Positions 10,243 through 19,939 of a DNA stretch of 64,000 bases are shown here, in pieces (within the stretch, counting starts at the first letter, position 1; the number at the start of each line of letters is the position of its first letter). The notes below the pieces were generated by a model that did not search any database, was not told the origin of the DNA, and worked only from the letters and a program-made list of their open reading frames with translations. The stretch spans positions 64,001 to 128,000 of the IMG/VR virus record IMGVR_UViG_3300043754_000129, one strand, 5' to 3'. The stretch comes from a virus (Duplodnaviria > Caudoviricetes). The position numbers were made by a program, and so were the translations under genes.

Positions 10243-10430
10243 TTCACCTCATTGTTTTCACGGTTTTGTTGACAGAAGGGCTCGAGGGCCTTTCGGAATG
10301 CTTCCTTCTCTTCGGGCGTCCACTCGTAATCCTCAGACGTCCGCAACCCCGCTGCCTTCATCCGGCAGGGGCACATGGGTTCGCCTTTGATGGGACCCAT
10401 GCAGGCGCACAGACTGATCGGTTCGCTCAT
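10239..10430 (-). CDS. Small Cys-rich protein (CxC...CxC)
   Basis: 63 aa, LCACMGPIKGEPMCPCRM. Starts 3 nt after the nuclease stop, and its TGA overlaps the next ATG. Confidence 0.6.
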   Translation of the reverse strand: MSEPISLCACMGPIKGEPMCPCRMKAAGLRTSEDYEWTPEEKEAFRKALEPFCQQNRENNEVK

Positions 10431-10432
10431 GC

Positions 10433-11551
10433 CTATTTCACCTCGTTGATTTTCTTTTCGGCTATGACGAGAAGCTCGGCATCCAACCCCATCGCGGCCA
10501 ACCGCTCCATGAGGAGTTTGGTGATGTTCTCCGAATTGATGTTGATCGCCACATACGTGGTCTCATCGTCCACCAACTCTTCAGCTTCCGGCTTATCGCG
10601 TTCTTTGGGATTCTTGGTCCACGTGAACGACGGATACTCCCGGATCAACACGTCCATGTCCGCAAAGAGCGGGTGGTCGTAATTGGCTTCCAGGCGCACC
10701 GCAGAATCAAACGGCAGGTTGCGCACCTTGCGCTCGATTTCAATGAGCGCCTCTTCCACAGACATCCCGTAACAGTAAATCGTCACGTACTTCTTTGCGC
10801 CGAGATTCTCAACGAACGTCATCTCGTAAGTGCCATCGGCAAAGAGCGTGGCGCGCAAGTGACCCTTGGGTTCCTCTTCTCCGTGCGAGAGTCGATCAAA
10901 TGACCCTTGTGCGAAGATCCGCTCAAAACTCGAGTGGATGTGCACGTGACCAATAAAGATCACATACCGAGTAATCGCGAGATACGCTTGCGAATCATGC
11001 TTCTGAGCCGTGATGTGCGGCGGCAGCTGATACTCGAACTGGCCGTGCATGAACATCAGATCGACTTTATCCAGCCCTTTCGTCTGGAGCAGAGTATGGA
11101 TCTGGCTGAGAGTTTGTTCGGTTGTCGGCGCACTTTCATCGGGTACGAACCCAACCCAGATATCCAGGTCGGGATCGTACTCAACGGAAATGTCTTTAAC
11201 GTAAAGGAGATTGGCGCCAATGTCTGCAATTTGATTGATGGTGACGAAGAGTTGGGATTGCCACCAGTCATGTGACGGGGTGCCTTCGAGCACGTAGATC
11301 TTGATGTCGTGCTTAACGCACAACCGCAAAATCTCCGCAATCCAAATCTTAATCTCCACCAGGTCCTCGTGATTCAAGGACAGGAGGGTGTCAAAGACAT
11401 CCCCCACGAAACAGATCAGATCCAGGGCGGCGGTTTCCTCGTTATCGGGGAAAGCCGCTCTCAGGTTCTGGAGAATGCCGCGAGTCGGGGTGCGCTTGGC
11501 ACCCAAGTGAACATCACTGATCGACGCGACTTTGAGTTCAGAAGTCTTCAT
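10433..11551 (-). CDS. SbcD/Mre11-like metallophosphoesterase nuclease
   Basis: Calcineurin-like motifs SDVHLG, GDVFD, GTPSHD, MHGQF and GHVH. Confidence 0.9.
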   Translation of the reverse strand: MKTSELKVASISDVHLGAKRTPTRGILQNLRAAFPDNEETAALDLICFVGDVFDTLLSLNHEDLVEIKIWIAEILRLCVKHDIKIYVLEGTPSHDWWQSQLFVTINQIADIGANLLYVKDISVEYDPDLDIWVGFVPDESAPTTEQTLSQIHTLLQTKGLDKVDLMFMHGQFEYQLPPHITAQKHDSQAYLAITRYVIFIGHVHIHSSFERIFAQGSFDRLSHGEEEPKGHLRATLFADGTYEMTFVENLGAKKYVTIYCYGMSVEEALIEIERKVRNLPFDSAVRLEANYDHPLFADMDVLIREYPSFTWTKNPKERDKPEAEELVDDETTYVAININSENITKLLMERLAAMGLDAELLVIAEKKINEVK

Positions 11552-12221
11552 AGTCCGCTTCCATGGATGGGCTAGGCTGCGTTTGTTGCTGCTGCCCCAC
11601 AGAAGATGACGGTGTTGCGGAAGTATTTACGGTAGCTCCCGGGATGGCGAGCGTGCGTCCATACCGCTTGAAAACCTCGTTCCAGCGCATCACCGTATCC
11701 GCCAGTTTTGCACCGCTATTGACAAAGAGCGAGCGTTTGCTGAGCTCCTGCACAAGATAGCGTTCGCTGGCCTTGGGGTGAACCAGGCGCAGCTTTTCCG
11801 CCATGGCCGCAATCTCGGCCACCGGCATGTTCTCCCGGTCCGCAGCATTGCGTACAGGATTAATGCCCTTGTAGTCGAAAAGCGCGGGACACGTGAAGAG
11901 GACTTGACCGGTGCGCGGATCGAACACATCCACGTCCTTGTAAGGCGTGCCGGCAATCGAGATCCAGTCAGCGATCCCTACCTGATGCGGCAGGGGCGCA
12001 GCCTTTTCTTCAGGCGTGAGCTTGAGCAGCTTGGCGAAGTACTTCGTAAAGAGCGGCAGGAAGATCTCGCGGAACTGATCTTCCGGCAAACGCGCGACGT
12101 CATCCTTGGCGATATCCGTGAGGATGCGCGAGACATCGTTGATGTACTCGCTTTTCCCCTCATCGTGACCCGCCACGGCTTTGGCGTGGGCTTCACGCCA
12201 GTTCTGATAGTTACCAGACAT
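11538..12221 (-). CDS. Hypothetical phage protein
   Basis: 227 aa with GGAG RBS; overlaps the next start; acidic-aromatic C-terminus (EADYEDF). Confidence 0.7.
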   Translation of the reverse strand: MSGNYQNWREAHAKAVAGHDEGKSEYINDVSRILTDIAKDDVARLPEDQFREIFLPLFTKYFAKLLKLTPEEKAAPLPHQVGIADWISIAGTPYKDVDVFDPRTGQVLFTCPALFDYKGINPVRNAADRENMPVAEIAAMAEKLRLVHPKASERYLVQELSKRSLFVNSGAKLADTVMRWNEVFKRYGRTLAIPGATVNTSATPSSSVGQQQQTQPSPSMEADYEDF

Positions 12222-12230
12222 TCTGGCTCC

Positions 12231-12875
12231 TTAAGCGACTTCCGTCGGCATCACGACTTCGCTCGGCATTTCCACAGCAGCGGCTGCGGCCGGCGCATTG
12301 GGCGCCTTATTGAAACCGTGCGGATCGTCGTAGGCTTCCGGATGTTGCGGCTGCATGATCGTGAAGTACAGGAACTGCACGTTGCGAATGCCGAGGGCTT
12401 TCGCTTGACGCTTCAGTTCGTTCTGAATCATCGGCGTCAGATGCTGCGGCACGTTCTTCGCGGCCGTGAAGACACCTTCACGATAGGCAAAGAGATTGTA
12501 GTCGAGGATCTCGGGTTCGCCCGTGATCGGCTTGTACGGGTCCTGGTTGTCGGCGAGCACCGGCGTGTAGTACACGACGAAGCAGTTCTCGCTGGCGATC
12601 GGGAACACGGTTTGCACGAGCACCGCCTTCGTGGGCAGCAGCTGCGGCTTGGTGAGCACTTCGCTCATCTTGATCGCATGCGGCAGACGGCGGCGATCGA
12701 GGTATTCGTGCTGGCTGAAGTGCACCACATCGAAGATCGCCTTCGTGACCTTTTCGATGCTTTCCTGGAACCAGGCGGGCGCAGCCGCATCGGGCGACGC
12801 AATGCCATTGGGACGGTCGGGATCCTGATAGGGCGGTTCCGTGCTCGGCTGATGCACTTGATGCAGATTCGTCAT
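12231..12875 (-). CDS. Hypothetical phage protein
   Basis: 214 aa in a tightly packed operon, coding-like codon usage. Confidence 0.7.
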   Translation of the reverse strand: MTNLHQVHQPSTEPPYQDPDRPNGIASPDAAAPAWFQESIEKVTKAIFDVVHFSQHEYLDRRRLPHAIKMSEVLTKPQLLPTKAVLVQTVFPIASENCFVVYYTPVLADNQDPYKPITGEPEILDYNLFAYREGVFTAAKNVPQHLTPMIQNELKRQAKALGIRNVQFLYFTIMQPQHPEAYDDPHGFNKAPNAPAAAAAVEMPSEVVMPTEVA

Positions 12876-12883
12876 GTTCTTTT

Positions 12884-13336
12884 CTACGTTGTCAGTTGTT
12901 GCAAGATCGTGTTGTTCGAAGTCGACCCAGTGTTATTGATGCGTACTGCCTTCAAGAACTTCGAATCGGCCATGGAGATCAACTGCGTGAAAGCGTAGAC
13001 CGTGCCCGCTTCCTTCACACTGATGTAGACAGTGAGGGTGATCTCACTGCTCTGATTACCAGAGGTCACGTCATCACTCGTAACCTGCACAATAGCAGAC
13101 TGGTAGTAACGGCCTAGGAACTGCTCCAGGCATGTACGGATCGCATCGCACGTCTTCGGCATGTTGCCCGAGTTCTGTTCGATGAGATACGTGATCGATG
13201 AAATCTGACCCTGAAACGTGTAGGTCTGATTGTTCATGGACTCATAGAAATGAGCCATGAGAAAGTCGGCTTTCTGCTGGGGGGTCACAATCCAGCCGCC
13301 GACAGACAGGGTTGGTACTGGCGTGACAGTTGCCAT
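12884..13336 (-). CDS. Conserved chimallivirus protein (possible baseplate gp25-like fold)
   Basis: 150 aa with GAGAGG RBS; N-terminus VPTLSVGGWI; C-terminal beta-rich segment ITLTVYISVKE. Confidence 0.6.
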   Translation of the reverse strand: MATVTPVPTLSVGGWIVTPQQKADFLMAHFYESMNNQTYTFQGQISSITYLIEQNSGNMPKTCDAIRTCLEQFLGRYYQSAIVQVTSDDVTSGNQSSEITLTVYISVKEAGTVYAFTQLISMADSKFLKAVRINNTGSTSNNTILQQLTT

Positions 13337-13388
13337 GCGCCTCTCACATGTTTAGTCGTGGACATAAAATCACGACCAAAAAGAAGAT

Positions 13389-13416
13389 GGCATAGAAAGC
13401 GGGGGCCGTAGCCCCC
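13389..13416 (-). terminator. Intrinsic terminator (GGCATA-flanked family)
   Basis: GGGGGC-CGTA-GCCCCC hairpin followed on the minus strand by TTTCTATGCC. Confidence 0.65.
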
Positions 13417-13452
13417 ACCTTACAGCTGTCGTGCTTCTCCTCCCAACAGCCT

Positions 13453-14085
13453 TTAACGTTTGTTGCCGGCCTTCGACGTGAAGTCCTCCACACCCTGATC
13501 GATGTGGATTTGTTGCACGTCCCAGGTATTGAACACGTCCGACTTTTCGTCCATCGTCGGCTCCCGATCACCCTCTTCAACTTCCGCGAGGAAGTGATAG
13601 GTCACGTGGCCATCGAAGTCGTCAGTCTTTACTTCTTGCATCACGCCGTTGTGCAGCAGACGCCAGTCGTAGTGTTCGAGTTCCTTGCGACCCCAGTAGT
13701 TGTCGACGTACGTATCGGAGTAACCGTCGATCAGCTGCTTGTGATAAAGATCACGAGTGCCCGGGTGCGTCATGACCCACCGCTGCATCACGGGAGGCGC
13801 ATTCTGCAAGTGGCTCAGCTTCTCGATGTACTGAATCCGATCCGGCAGGAACATCGCATCGAAGCGTCGAATCGCGGCTCGTGCGGCTCGCATTGCTTCC
13901 GAGCTATTGAACGAGTCGTAGATCGACTGGGCACTGCTCAGAAACTGCTTACCGAAGTCCGTGAGTGCACCCATGCTGAACGACGCCAGCTGATTCTGCA
14001 AATACTGCATGGTTCCGGGATGTCGATCGGTTCCATACACCAGTGCATTATAAGCGTTGGCGTCACCGGTAATTACCAGTGCCAT
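13453..14085 (-). CDS. Conserved chimallivirus core protein (phiKZ gp59-like position)
   Basis: 210 aa; first gene after nvRNAP beta' N-terminal subunit. Confidence 0.6.
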   Translation of the reverse strand: MALVITGDANAYNALVYGTDRHPGTMQYLQNQLASFSMGALTDFGKQFLSSAQSIYDSFNSSEAMRAARAAIRRFDAMFLPDRIQYIEKLSHLQNAPPVMQRWVMTHPGTRDLYHKQLIDGYSDTYVDNYWGRKELEHYDWRLLHNGVMQEVKTDDFDGHVTYHFLAEVEEGDREPTMDEKSDVFNTWDVQQIHIDQGVEDFTSKAGNKR

Positions 14086-14257
14086 CTTAACCCCCGTAAA
14101 CGTTCAACGGGAATTGAGTGGTGCCGAACTCGATGGCGTGCGGGTTGTACTTCTTGAAGTTGAACTTCTCGAGTACCTTCGGATCGAGCAGCAGCCCATC
14201 TTCGCTGACCTGGGGGTTTTCCATCGGAATCGTTTCCATAATCGCTCCTTGGTTCGA

Positions 14258-15784
14258 TTAGGCGGCTTCGGGAATCAGTGCCATGCGACGCAGCACTTCC
14301 GGATCGGCTTCTTCCGGTTGCGTCCAGCCCATCCAGTTGCTGATGGTCGAGATCGCGGTGTTCGGCATGGACAGATTCTTCGAAACCGTGCGCGGGGCGT
14401 TCATATCGAAGGTCGACATGTGGGGAGCAAGTCGAGACAGATCTTCTTCAATGACCATGTCCAGCGCAAGAGTACAGTTCAGCTGATCGCCATCGAAGTC
14501 GGCATTGAAGCCCTTGACGATCAGAATCGACATCGAGATCGTCGGGATATTCACGTCGGTCTTCACCTTCGTGACGTACACCGTCTGGCACGATGCACGA
14601 CCCAGCGACGGATTACGTTGCAGCGTGATGCAGATGCCTTTGCCACTCGGTGCGCGAGCGATGAGTTCCTGGAAGATCGCATCGAGGCGCGGACAGTATT
14701 TCGCCGTATGCGCTGCGATGTAAGCGTCCGCTTCCCACGGCGTCATGCCGTCTCGCATGAGCAGCTTCTTGATGTGCAACTCGAGCGACGCAATGCCGAT
14801 ACCCCACGGGATGTGGACTTCGTCATAGCGGTGCGCGGCCGTGAGCGAGGAAATCACTGCACGGAAGCTGAAGTGCGAACGCGTGCCGTAGACGTGCTTA
14901 CGGAACGTGCCTTCCTTCTTTGCCAGAACGTTGCGCTCGTATTCGTCGTAGAACGTCGACGTTTCCGAGATCATCTTGATGGTGCGGTTCTCGCGTACGC
15001 GCTCCGAGTGAATCGAAAGCGGGCTATCGATGCCGACCATCAGGCGAATCGCATTCACGGCTACAGGCGCAGTGGCATCCACATACGTGCCCATGCTCGT
15101 TTCTTCCAGCACGAGGATCGACCGGTTGGGGAGTGGCAGATACTCGCTGAAGATGCGATCGCGGTTTTCTGCGATGAGACGCTTAAGCGGCTCGAGCTTC
15201 TTGCGGTAGTACTTCAAGTTGAACATGAAATGCATGATCTCGTCGAAGTTCCGCACGAAGTTGTTATACCCTCGTGGCAGATTTTCACTGCGCAGAATGT
15301 CAATGACCGGGGGTTCCTTGATACCCTGTGGTCGGTAAGTCGTGTCGCAGATCCAGCGCATCACATCGAACGAGCCTTTCTCAAAGCCCTTCTGATCCGA
15401 GAGCATCGTCCAGATGATCGGATTGATCAGTCCCTTACCTCCAGGGGCCGATTCACGAACGCCCTTAGGTGCACGCACCCAGATGAGCGGCTCGAGGTCA
15501 CCTTCATGCAGTGCACGCACCGGCGTATTACACTCCGGACAAACCACGGCCGGAATGAAGTCGTCGCCGAGCTTATCCGCACCGATGGTGGCACCGCATT
15601 CACACGACGGGATATTCGAGAGCAGATCCGAATTGATCAGATCGTACTTGGTGAAGATCAGACCGTCATTGTGTTCGCGTTCCTGTTCCGTTACATTGGA
15701 CAGGTCGTTGATGATGATTGGATCTTTGGAGAGATACTGATTGAAGACCGCGTCGTGGTCTCGAATCCGCATATAGACACCCAC
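14258..15784 (-). CDS. Non-virion RNAP beta'-like catalytic subunit (phiKZ gp55-like)
   Basis: Catalytic NADFDGD motif; Zn-binding CECG...CPEC; RKHVYGTR and LQRNPSL motifs. Confidence 0.95.
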   Translation of the reverse strand: MGVYMRIRDHDAVFNQYLSKDPIIINDLSNVTEQEREHNDGLIFTKYDLINSDLLSNIPSCECGATIGADKLGDDFIPAVVCPECNTPVRALHEGDLEPLIWVRAPKGVRESAPGGKGLINPIIWTMLSDQKGFEKGSFDVMRWICDTTYRPQGIKEPPVIDILRSENLPRGYNNFVRNFDEIMHFMFNLKYYRKKLEPLKRLIAENRDRIFSEYLPLPNRSILVLEETSMGTYVDATAPVAVNAIRLMVGIDSPLSIHSERVRENRTIKMISETSTFYDEYERNVLAKKEGTFRKHVYGTRSHFSFRAVISSLTAAHRYDEVHIPWGIGIASLELHIKKLLMRDGMTPWEADAYIAAHTAKYCPRLDAIFQELIARAPSGKGICITLQRNPSLGRASCQTVYVTKVKTDVNIPTISMSILIVKGFNADFDGDQLNCTLALDMVIEEDLSRLAPHMSTFDMNAPRTVSKNLSMPNTAISTISNWMGWTQPEEADPEVLRRMALIPEAA

Positions 15785-15896
15785 TTGACTCTCCTTGTTA
15801 GTTCGGGTTGGTTGTCAGTTCGCTTGGGGTTTGTACTACAGAAGATGGCTAGGGTTGGTAATTTTTGTCCTGCAATTCTATTACGCCATCTAAGTA

Positions 15897-15904
15897 GTGA
15901 TATA
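15897..15904 (-). promoter_or_regulatory. Early-promoter-like motif TATATCAC upstream of nvRNAP beta'
   Basis: One-mismatch variant of TATATTAC located just after the chimallin terminator. Confidence 0.5.
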
Positions 15905-15930
15905 TGTCTGAGCCGTCCTAAAAAGAAAAC

Positions 15931-15968
15931 GGCATAAAAAGACAGGGAGAGGACCGAAGCCCTCTCCC
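15931..15968 (-). terminator. Intrinsic terminator of the chimallin gene
   Basis: GGGAGAGG/CCTCTCCC stem, then TTTTTATGCC on the minus strand. Confidence 0.8.
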
Positions 15969-16002
15969 GATCTCAGACTACATCAGTTCAGCTGGTCGCT
16001 GA

Positions 16003-17943
16003 TTAACCCCAGCGGCTGAAGCCCGAACGGTTGCCGAAGTTGCCTTGCGGCTGGCCCTGGTAGCCGCGGTTGAACACGCCCGAGTTGTAGCCCATGGTGT
16101 CCAGCGCAGCGTGCGCGACGTACGGGTTGACCGCACGTTCGTAGCTTTGCAGATCCGCGTACGGAGCGATCGTACGCACTTGCAGGCCGACGTCCTTCAC
16201 GGCTTGCGTGAGAGCGTTGACGAAGTCCGGCTCGAAAGTCACGCGACGCGCGAAGCCTTCGATGTGAACGTTCTGCTTGCCGAGGATGCCCTCGATGATC
16301 TGCTTGCGCTTGGCCAGGCGCACTTCGAGCGGGATGCCCGTGAGTGCGTACGAATCCGACCATTCGCGCGCCAGTTCCGGATCGCGATCGCCGACCATGT
16401 TCAGCACGGCCAGGTAATCGACTTCGCGCAGGTCGTGCTTCAGACCGTCACGACCGATGAAGTAACCCAGGTGGATGCGGTTGTTTTCATCGATGATGAT
16501 GCGCGTGCCCGGTGCCAGGTAGTTCGACAGGCGGCCGTTCGTCAGCTTGTTCGCTTCGTCGTAGATGTACTGCGACGCTGCTGCGCTTGCTGCGTTCGAC
16601 TGCTCGCCGGCTGCGGCGAAGACGCTGGAGATCCAGGTCGTCGGGCCTGCTTCGGGGATGTCCATCGACAGGAGCAGCTTCGGCTGGAACACCGATGCCA
16701 CCAGACGCAGGAGGAAGTCGCCCTGCATGTTGTTCGTACGCTGGAATGCGTCCGACTTCGTGTCGATGCGCGAGCCGAAGCCCGTGGTGTTGCCTTCGAA
16801 GTTCGCTTCGATGCCGACGGCGCCGATGTCCTTCCAGTCGATACCGTCTTGCACGACCGGCGACGGACGGAACGCTTCGACCCAGCCGTTCTGTTCACGC
16901 AGCGTGAACGCCGTGACCAGTGCGAGCAGCTGAGCGCGGATCGACAGCACGTTCTGCGAGTCGAGATCGGTGATCACGAAACGCGGCACGTACTTCTTGT
17001 ACGCGTCCGGCGACTGCTGTTGCTGAACTTGCGGCACCCATGCGTTGAACGCCTGAGCTTGCGAGATGGCCGGGGCCCACACGAGGTCCATGTAGCCAGC
17101 CACGCGAGCGAGCGTCTTCACGCGCGACGTGACACCTTGCTGACCCGGCACCGGCTGGCCGCCGATACGGAAGTCGATGACGATGTCCGAGCGGATCGGC
17201 GAGCCGACGATGTCTTCGGTCGGTGCGTTGTTGAACGACGACTGAACCGTCAGCGTGTTGTCCTGCTCGATGTTGCCCAGCTCGATGTCCGGGAAGCCGG
17301 CCAGACGAGCGAGTTCCGTCGAACCTGCGAGCACGGCGTTCGCCGCCAGGTTGTACAGGCGCTTCTTGTTCGTCACGTCGAACGTGCTCGGCACGACTTC
17401 AGCGTCAACCGGATGCAGTGCCAGGCCCGGGAAGGCGCGCGACACCCATTCGCGAACTTCGTTCTGGAAGACCGGCGTGTACACGTCGCCCGTGGTGCGC
17501 GTGACTTCGATCTGGTTGTTGCCGATCTGCTGCATTTGCGACTGGATCGGTTCGCTCGAGCCGTCGAGGATCAGGGTGTGGTACGCCACGCCGAGTTCCT
17601 TCGCGTTCTTGTTCGACACTGCAACGACGATCGCCGACTTTTCCAGAGTGCGGGTCTGATCGAGGTCGATGGGGATGAGCGTCACGTCGTACTCGCTACG
17701 CACCGCTTCCTCGTACACGCCCTTCAGGGCCGCGTTGAGGGTGCTGATGATATCGCTTTCCGGCGAGCGCGACATGGCGTTCGGGTTGGCCGACCAGAAG
17801 TCAGCGAGGCGCTGACGATGCTGACCGCGCGGGGCTTGCTGATAGCCGCCTTGCGTGCCAGCGTCCTGGCGTTGCTGGGCGCCAGCGAATGCTGCACCCA
17901 TCGTCGTTTGCGACTGGCCGTTGTCTTCGGATTTCACTGCCAT
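16003..17943 (-). CDS. chmA: Chimallin (phage nuclear shell protein, phiKZ gp54-like)
   Basis: 646 aa with disordered N- and C-terminal segments and very strong codon bias. It has its own promoter and terminator and lies directly upstream of nvRNAP beta', the conserved chimallin position. Confidence 0.8.
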   Translation of the reverse strand: MAVKSEDNGQSQTTMGAAFAGAQQRQDAGTQGGYQQAPRGQHRQRLADFWSANPNAMSRSPESDIISTLNAALKGVYEEAVRSEYDVTLIPIDLDQTRTLEKSAIVVAVSNKNAKELGVAYHTLILDGSSEPIQSQMQQIGNNQIEVTRTTGDVYTPVFQNEVREWVSRAFPGLALHPVDAEVVPSTFDVTNKKRLYNLAANAVLAGSTELARLAGFPDIELGNIEQDNTLTVQSSFNNAPTEDIVGSPIRSDIVIDFRIGGQPVPGQQGVTSRVKTLARVAGYMDLVWAPAISQAQAFNAWVPQVQQQQSPDAYKKYVPRFVITDLDSQNVLSIRAQLLALVTAFTLREQNGWVEAFRPSPVVQDGIDWKDIGAVGIEANFEGNTTGFGSRIDTKSDAFQRTNNMQGDFLLRLVASVFQPKLLLSMDIPEAGPTTWISSVFAAAGEQSNAASAAASQYIYDEANKLTNGRLSNYLAPGTRIIIDENNRIHLGYFIGRDGLKHDLREVDYLAVLNMVGDRDPELAREWSDSYALTGIPLEVRLAKRKQIIEGILGKQNVHIEGFARRVTFEPDFVNALTQAVKDVGLQVRTIAPYADLQSYERAVNPYVAHAALDTMGYNSGVFNRGYQGQPQGNFGNRSGFSRWG

Positions 17944-18018
17944 GATTTCGTTTCCTTCTCGTTTAAACTGAGTTAATGATCGCGCGAAACACTATACTCT
18001 TGCTACAGTGTCAAGATA

Positions 18019-18026
18019 GTGATATG
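18019..18026 (-). promoter_or_regulatory. Early-promoter-like motif CATATCAC upstream of chimallin
   Basis: GAAAAATGGACACATATCAC on the minus strand, about 75 nt upstream of the start. Confidence 0.45.
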
Positions 18027-18215
18027 TGTCCATTTTTCGATTGGATCACACCCACTCCTGCGCGAACTCGCTTGGGTGAAACAGACTGCAAAAACAAACA
18101 AAGGGAATTACGGGGTGTTTTTGCTGACCCCGAACTCACGCTCGTAGTCAGGAAAGGAAGTGTTTCATTCCTTCTATAAGATAAGGGTGGTGCAGTTATT
18201 TTTTTACCGCATCAC

Positions 18216-18950
18216 TTATCGCTTCTTGAGACGAGGCTTCCCGTTGCCATCCATCGTGCTGGAGTACCGTGCACGACGTTCAGATGCTCGCAGCGTACGC
18301 TCGCCACCATTCATCCAACCGCTATGGATCGGATAGGTGATCGTGTACGTGCCGTAGAATCCCGTTTCATCGGCCGGGAGTTCAAACACCAGGCCGCCCT
18401 TCCAGCGGATGCGGAAGTTGGAGATGTGACCGTTGTACGCATAGCGCGACCAATCCGCACACTTCGGAACATTCAGATACTTTAGCTCCGGCAAGTTGTA
18501 CGCGTTGATCCCAGCGTAGCGTTTGGCCGGAATCCAGAAACGGCGAGGCGGTCGCATCGTTACCGGATTCCACGGCTCAAGAATCCGAGCGCGGCGGCGC
18601 AGCTGATGGCCGAAACCATTGCCCATCTCGAGACGCGTGATCTTGGGAAAGCCAGGCGGCTTCGCTTCGCCCATCACGCCATTCATGAACTGCCAGAAGT
18701 TCGTGAAGTAGTTGCGGATCGGATCAGCCATCGGATAGTAGCGCTCGTTCCAGGTGAACGTCGGTTGCTCCACGCTCTTGATATCGACAGTCTCTGCGGC
18801 GTTGAGCACGACATCGCCATCGAAGTCATTGACCAGGCCTTCCAATAGCTCGGTCGTGTTTAGGCTCTTGCCTGTGTTGCGCCCCATGACAAAGCCCACG
18901 GACTTGCCATCCGCGAGGGCGTCAAAGCCGTTCATGTAAAGAAGCGTCAT
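18216..18950 (-). CDS. Hypothetical protein
   Basis: 244 aa; ATG overlaps the upstream TGA. Confidence 0.65.
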   Translation of the reverse strand: MTLLYMNGFDALADGKSVGFVMGRNTGKSLNTTELLEGLVNDFDGDVVLNAAETVDIKSVEQPTFTWNERYYPMADPIRNYFTNFWQFMNGVMGEAKPPGFPKITRLEMGNGFGHQLRRRARILEPWNPVTMRPPRRFWIPAKRYAGINAYNLPELKYLNVPKCADWSRYAYNGHISNFRIRWKGGLVFELPADETGFYGTYTITYPIHSGWMNGGERTLRASERRARYSSTMDGNGKPRLKKR

Positions 18951-19204
18951 CGGTTATTCCACCACTTACGATTAGGCCCGTAGGTCTTTTTTCTTTTATT
19001 CCCTCGGCGCTCCGCACGAGGGCGGAAATCCATCGGGTCCACTGTTTCGTACGTCACGACCATGTCTTTCGGAGCACCGTGCAAAATCGCCAGCTTCTTG
19101 TACAGGTCACCAAAGCCGTGAGTCGTCAGAGGCTCACGATGGACTTCTTTGCCGTTCAGGGTCCAGACGACGTAGGTCACTGGTCCTGGAGTCGCCATGC
19201 CCAT
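18947..19204 (-). CDS. Small hypothetical protein ending KWWNNR
   Basis: Start reassigned to the ATG overlapping the upstream TGA (TGATG); about 85 aa. Confidence 0.6.
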   Translation of the reverse strand: MGMATPGPVTYVVWTLNGKEVHREPLTTHGFGDLYKKLAILHGAPKDMVVTYETVDPMDFRPRAERRGNKRKKTYGPNRKWWNNR

Positions 19205-19401
19205 CAGTGCCCCCAATGCGAGAGCCAGACTGCGAAGACGATCCACACCACGAGGGTTGCGATCAGGCCGTAGAACCAGCAGCCCATGAACCACCAGGCG
19301 CCTTTATCCAGCGTGAACTTGTCCTTGTTCGGCCAAAGAAACGGAAAGAGAAAAGCCGCGATCGTAAAGATGACCGGCCACCAGATATTCGGATGCGTCA
19401 T
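19204..19401 (-). CDS. Small membrane protein (two TM helices)
   Basis: MTHPNIWWPVIFTIAAFLFPFLW...WWFMGCWFYGLIATLVVWIVFAVW; ATGA overlap with the upstream gene. Confidence 0.65.
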   Translation of the reverse strand: MTHPNIWWPVIFTIAAFLFPFLWPNKDKFTLDKGAWWFMGCWFYGLIATLVVWIVFAVWLSHWGH

Positions 19402-19598
19402 CGTTGATCCCACCATCTACGCCCGGAGGCATTCTTGGTCTTCTTGTTCCCAAGGTTGCGGGCGCGTTTGCGCACGTCTTCCTGTGCCTCGGGTACGTCG
19501 GCTTTTGCCATCGCTTCCTCTTCGCTGAGGAGCGAGTCTTTGAACTCGGGGTGGTTGCGATAGTGTCGTTTGTCAAACATCACCGGTGCTCCCACCAC
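19398..19598 (-). CDS. Small basic protein ending RRWWDQR
   Basis: 66 aa; overlaps neighbours at both ends. Confidence 0.6.
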   Translation of the reverse strand: MVGAPVMFDKRHYRNHPEFKDSLLSEEEAMAKADVPEAQEDVRKRARNLGNKKTKNASGRRWWDQR

Positions 19599-19939
19599 TT
19601 GCGACCCTTGGCATTCTGGGACGCTTTGTTGGCATCGCGCTTTTTGCGCAAGGCCTTATTGACGACGCTCTTGGAGTCCGGTGCTGCAAACTCCGAGAAA
19701 TCCATGTCTTTCAGAATGGCCGTGATGGTCATTCCGTTGGGAGTGCCGAACGTCGACGTCGCACCTGTGAAGATACTGGTCGGTGGCTCGATCAGTAACG
19801 GCTCCATGACGGGATGGTCCCGATTCATGCGCCGGATATCGTCAAGCAGACTGTGGTGATGGTCAGCACCCACCACGATGGCGGGCACTTGGACCTCTTT
19901 CAGTTCCGGCAACCACTTGGGATCGAAGACAGGTTTCAC
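19580..19939 (-). CDS. Hypothetical protein ending RKWWEHR
   Basis: Start reassigned to GTG overlapping the upstream TGA (GTGA); about 119 aa. Confidence 0.6.
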   Translation of the reverse strand: MKPVFDPKWLPELKEVQVPAIVVGADHHHSLLDDIRRMNRDHPVMEPLLIEPPTSIFTGATSTFGTPNGMTITAILKDMDFSEFAAPDSKSVVNKALRKKRDANKASQNAKGRKWWEHR

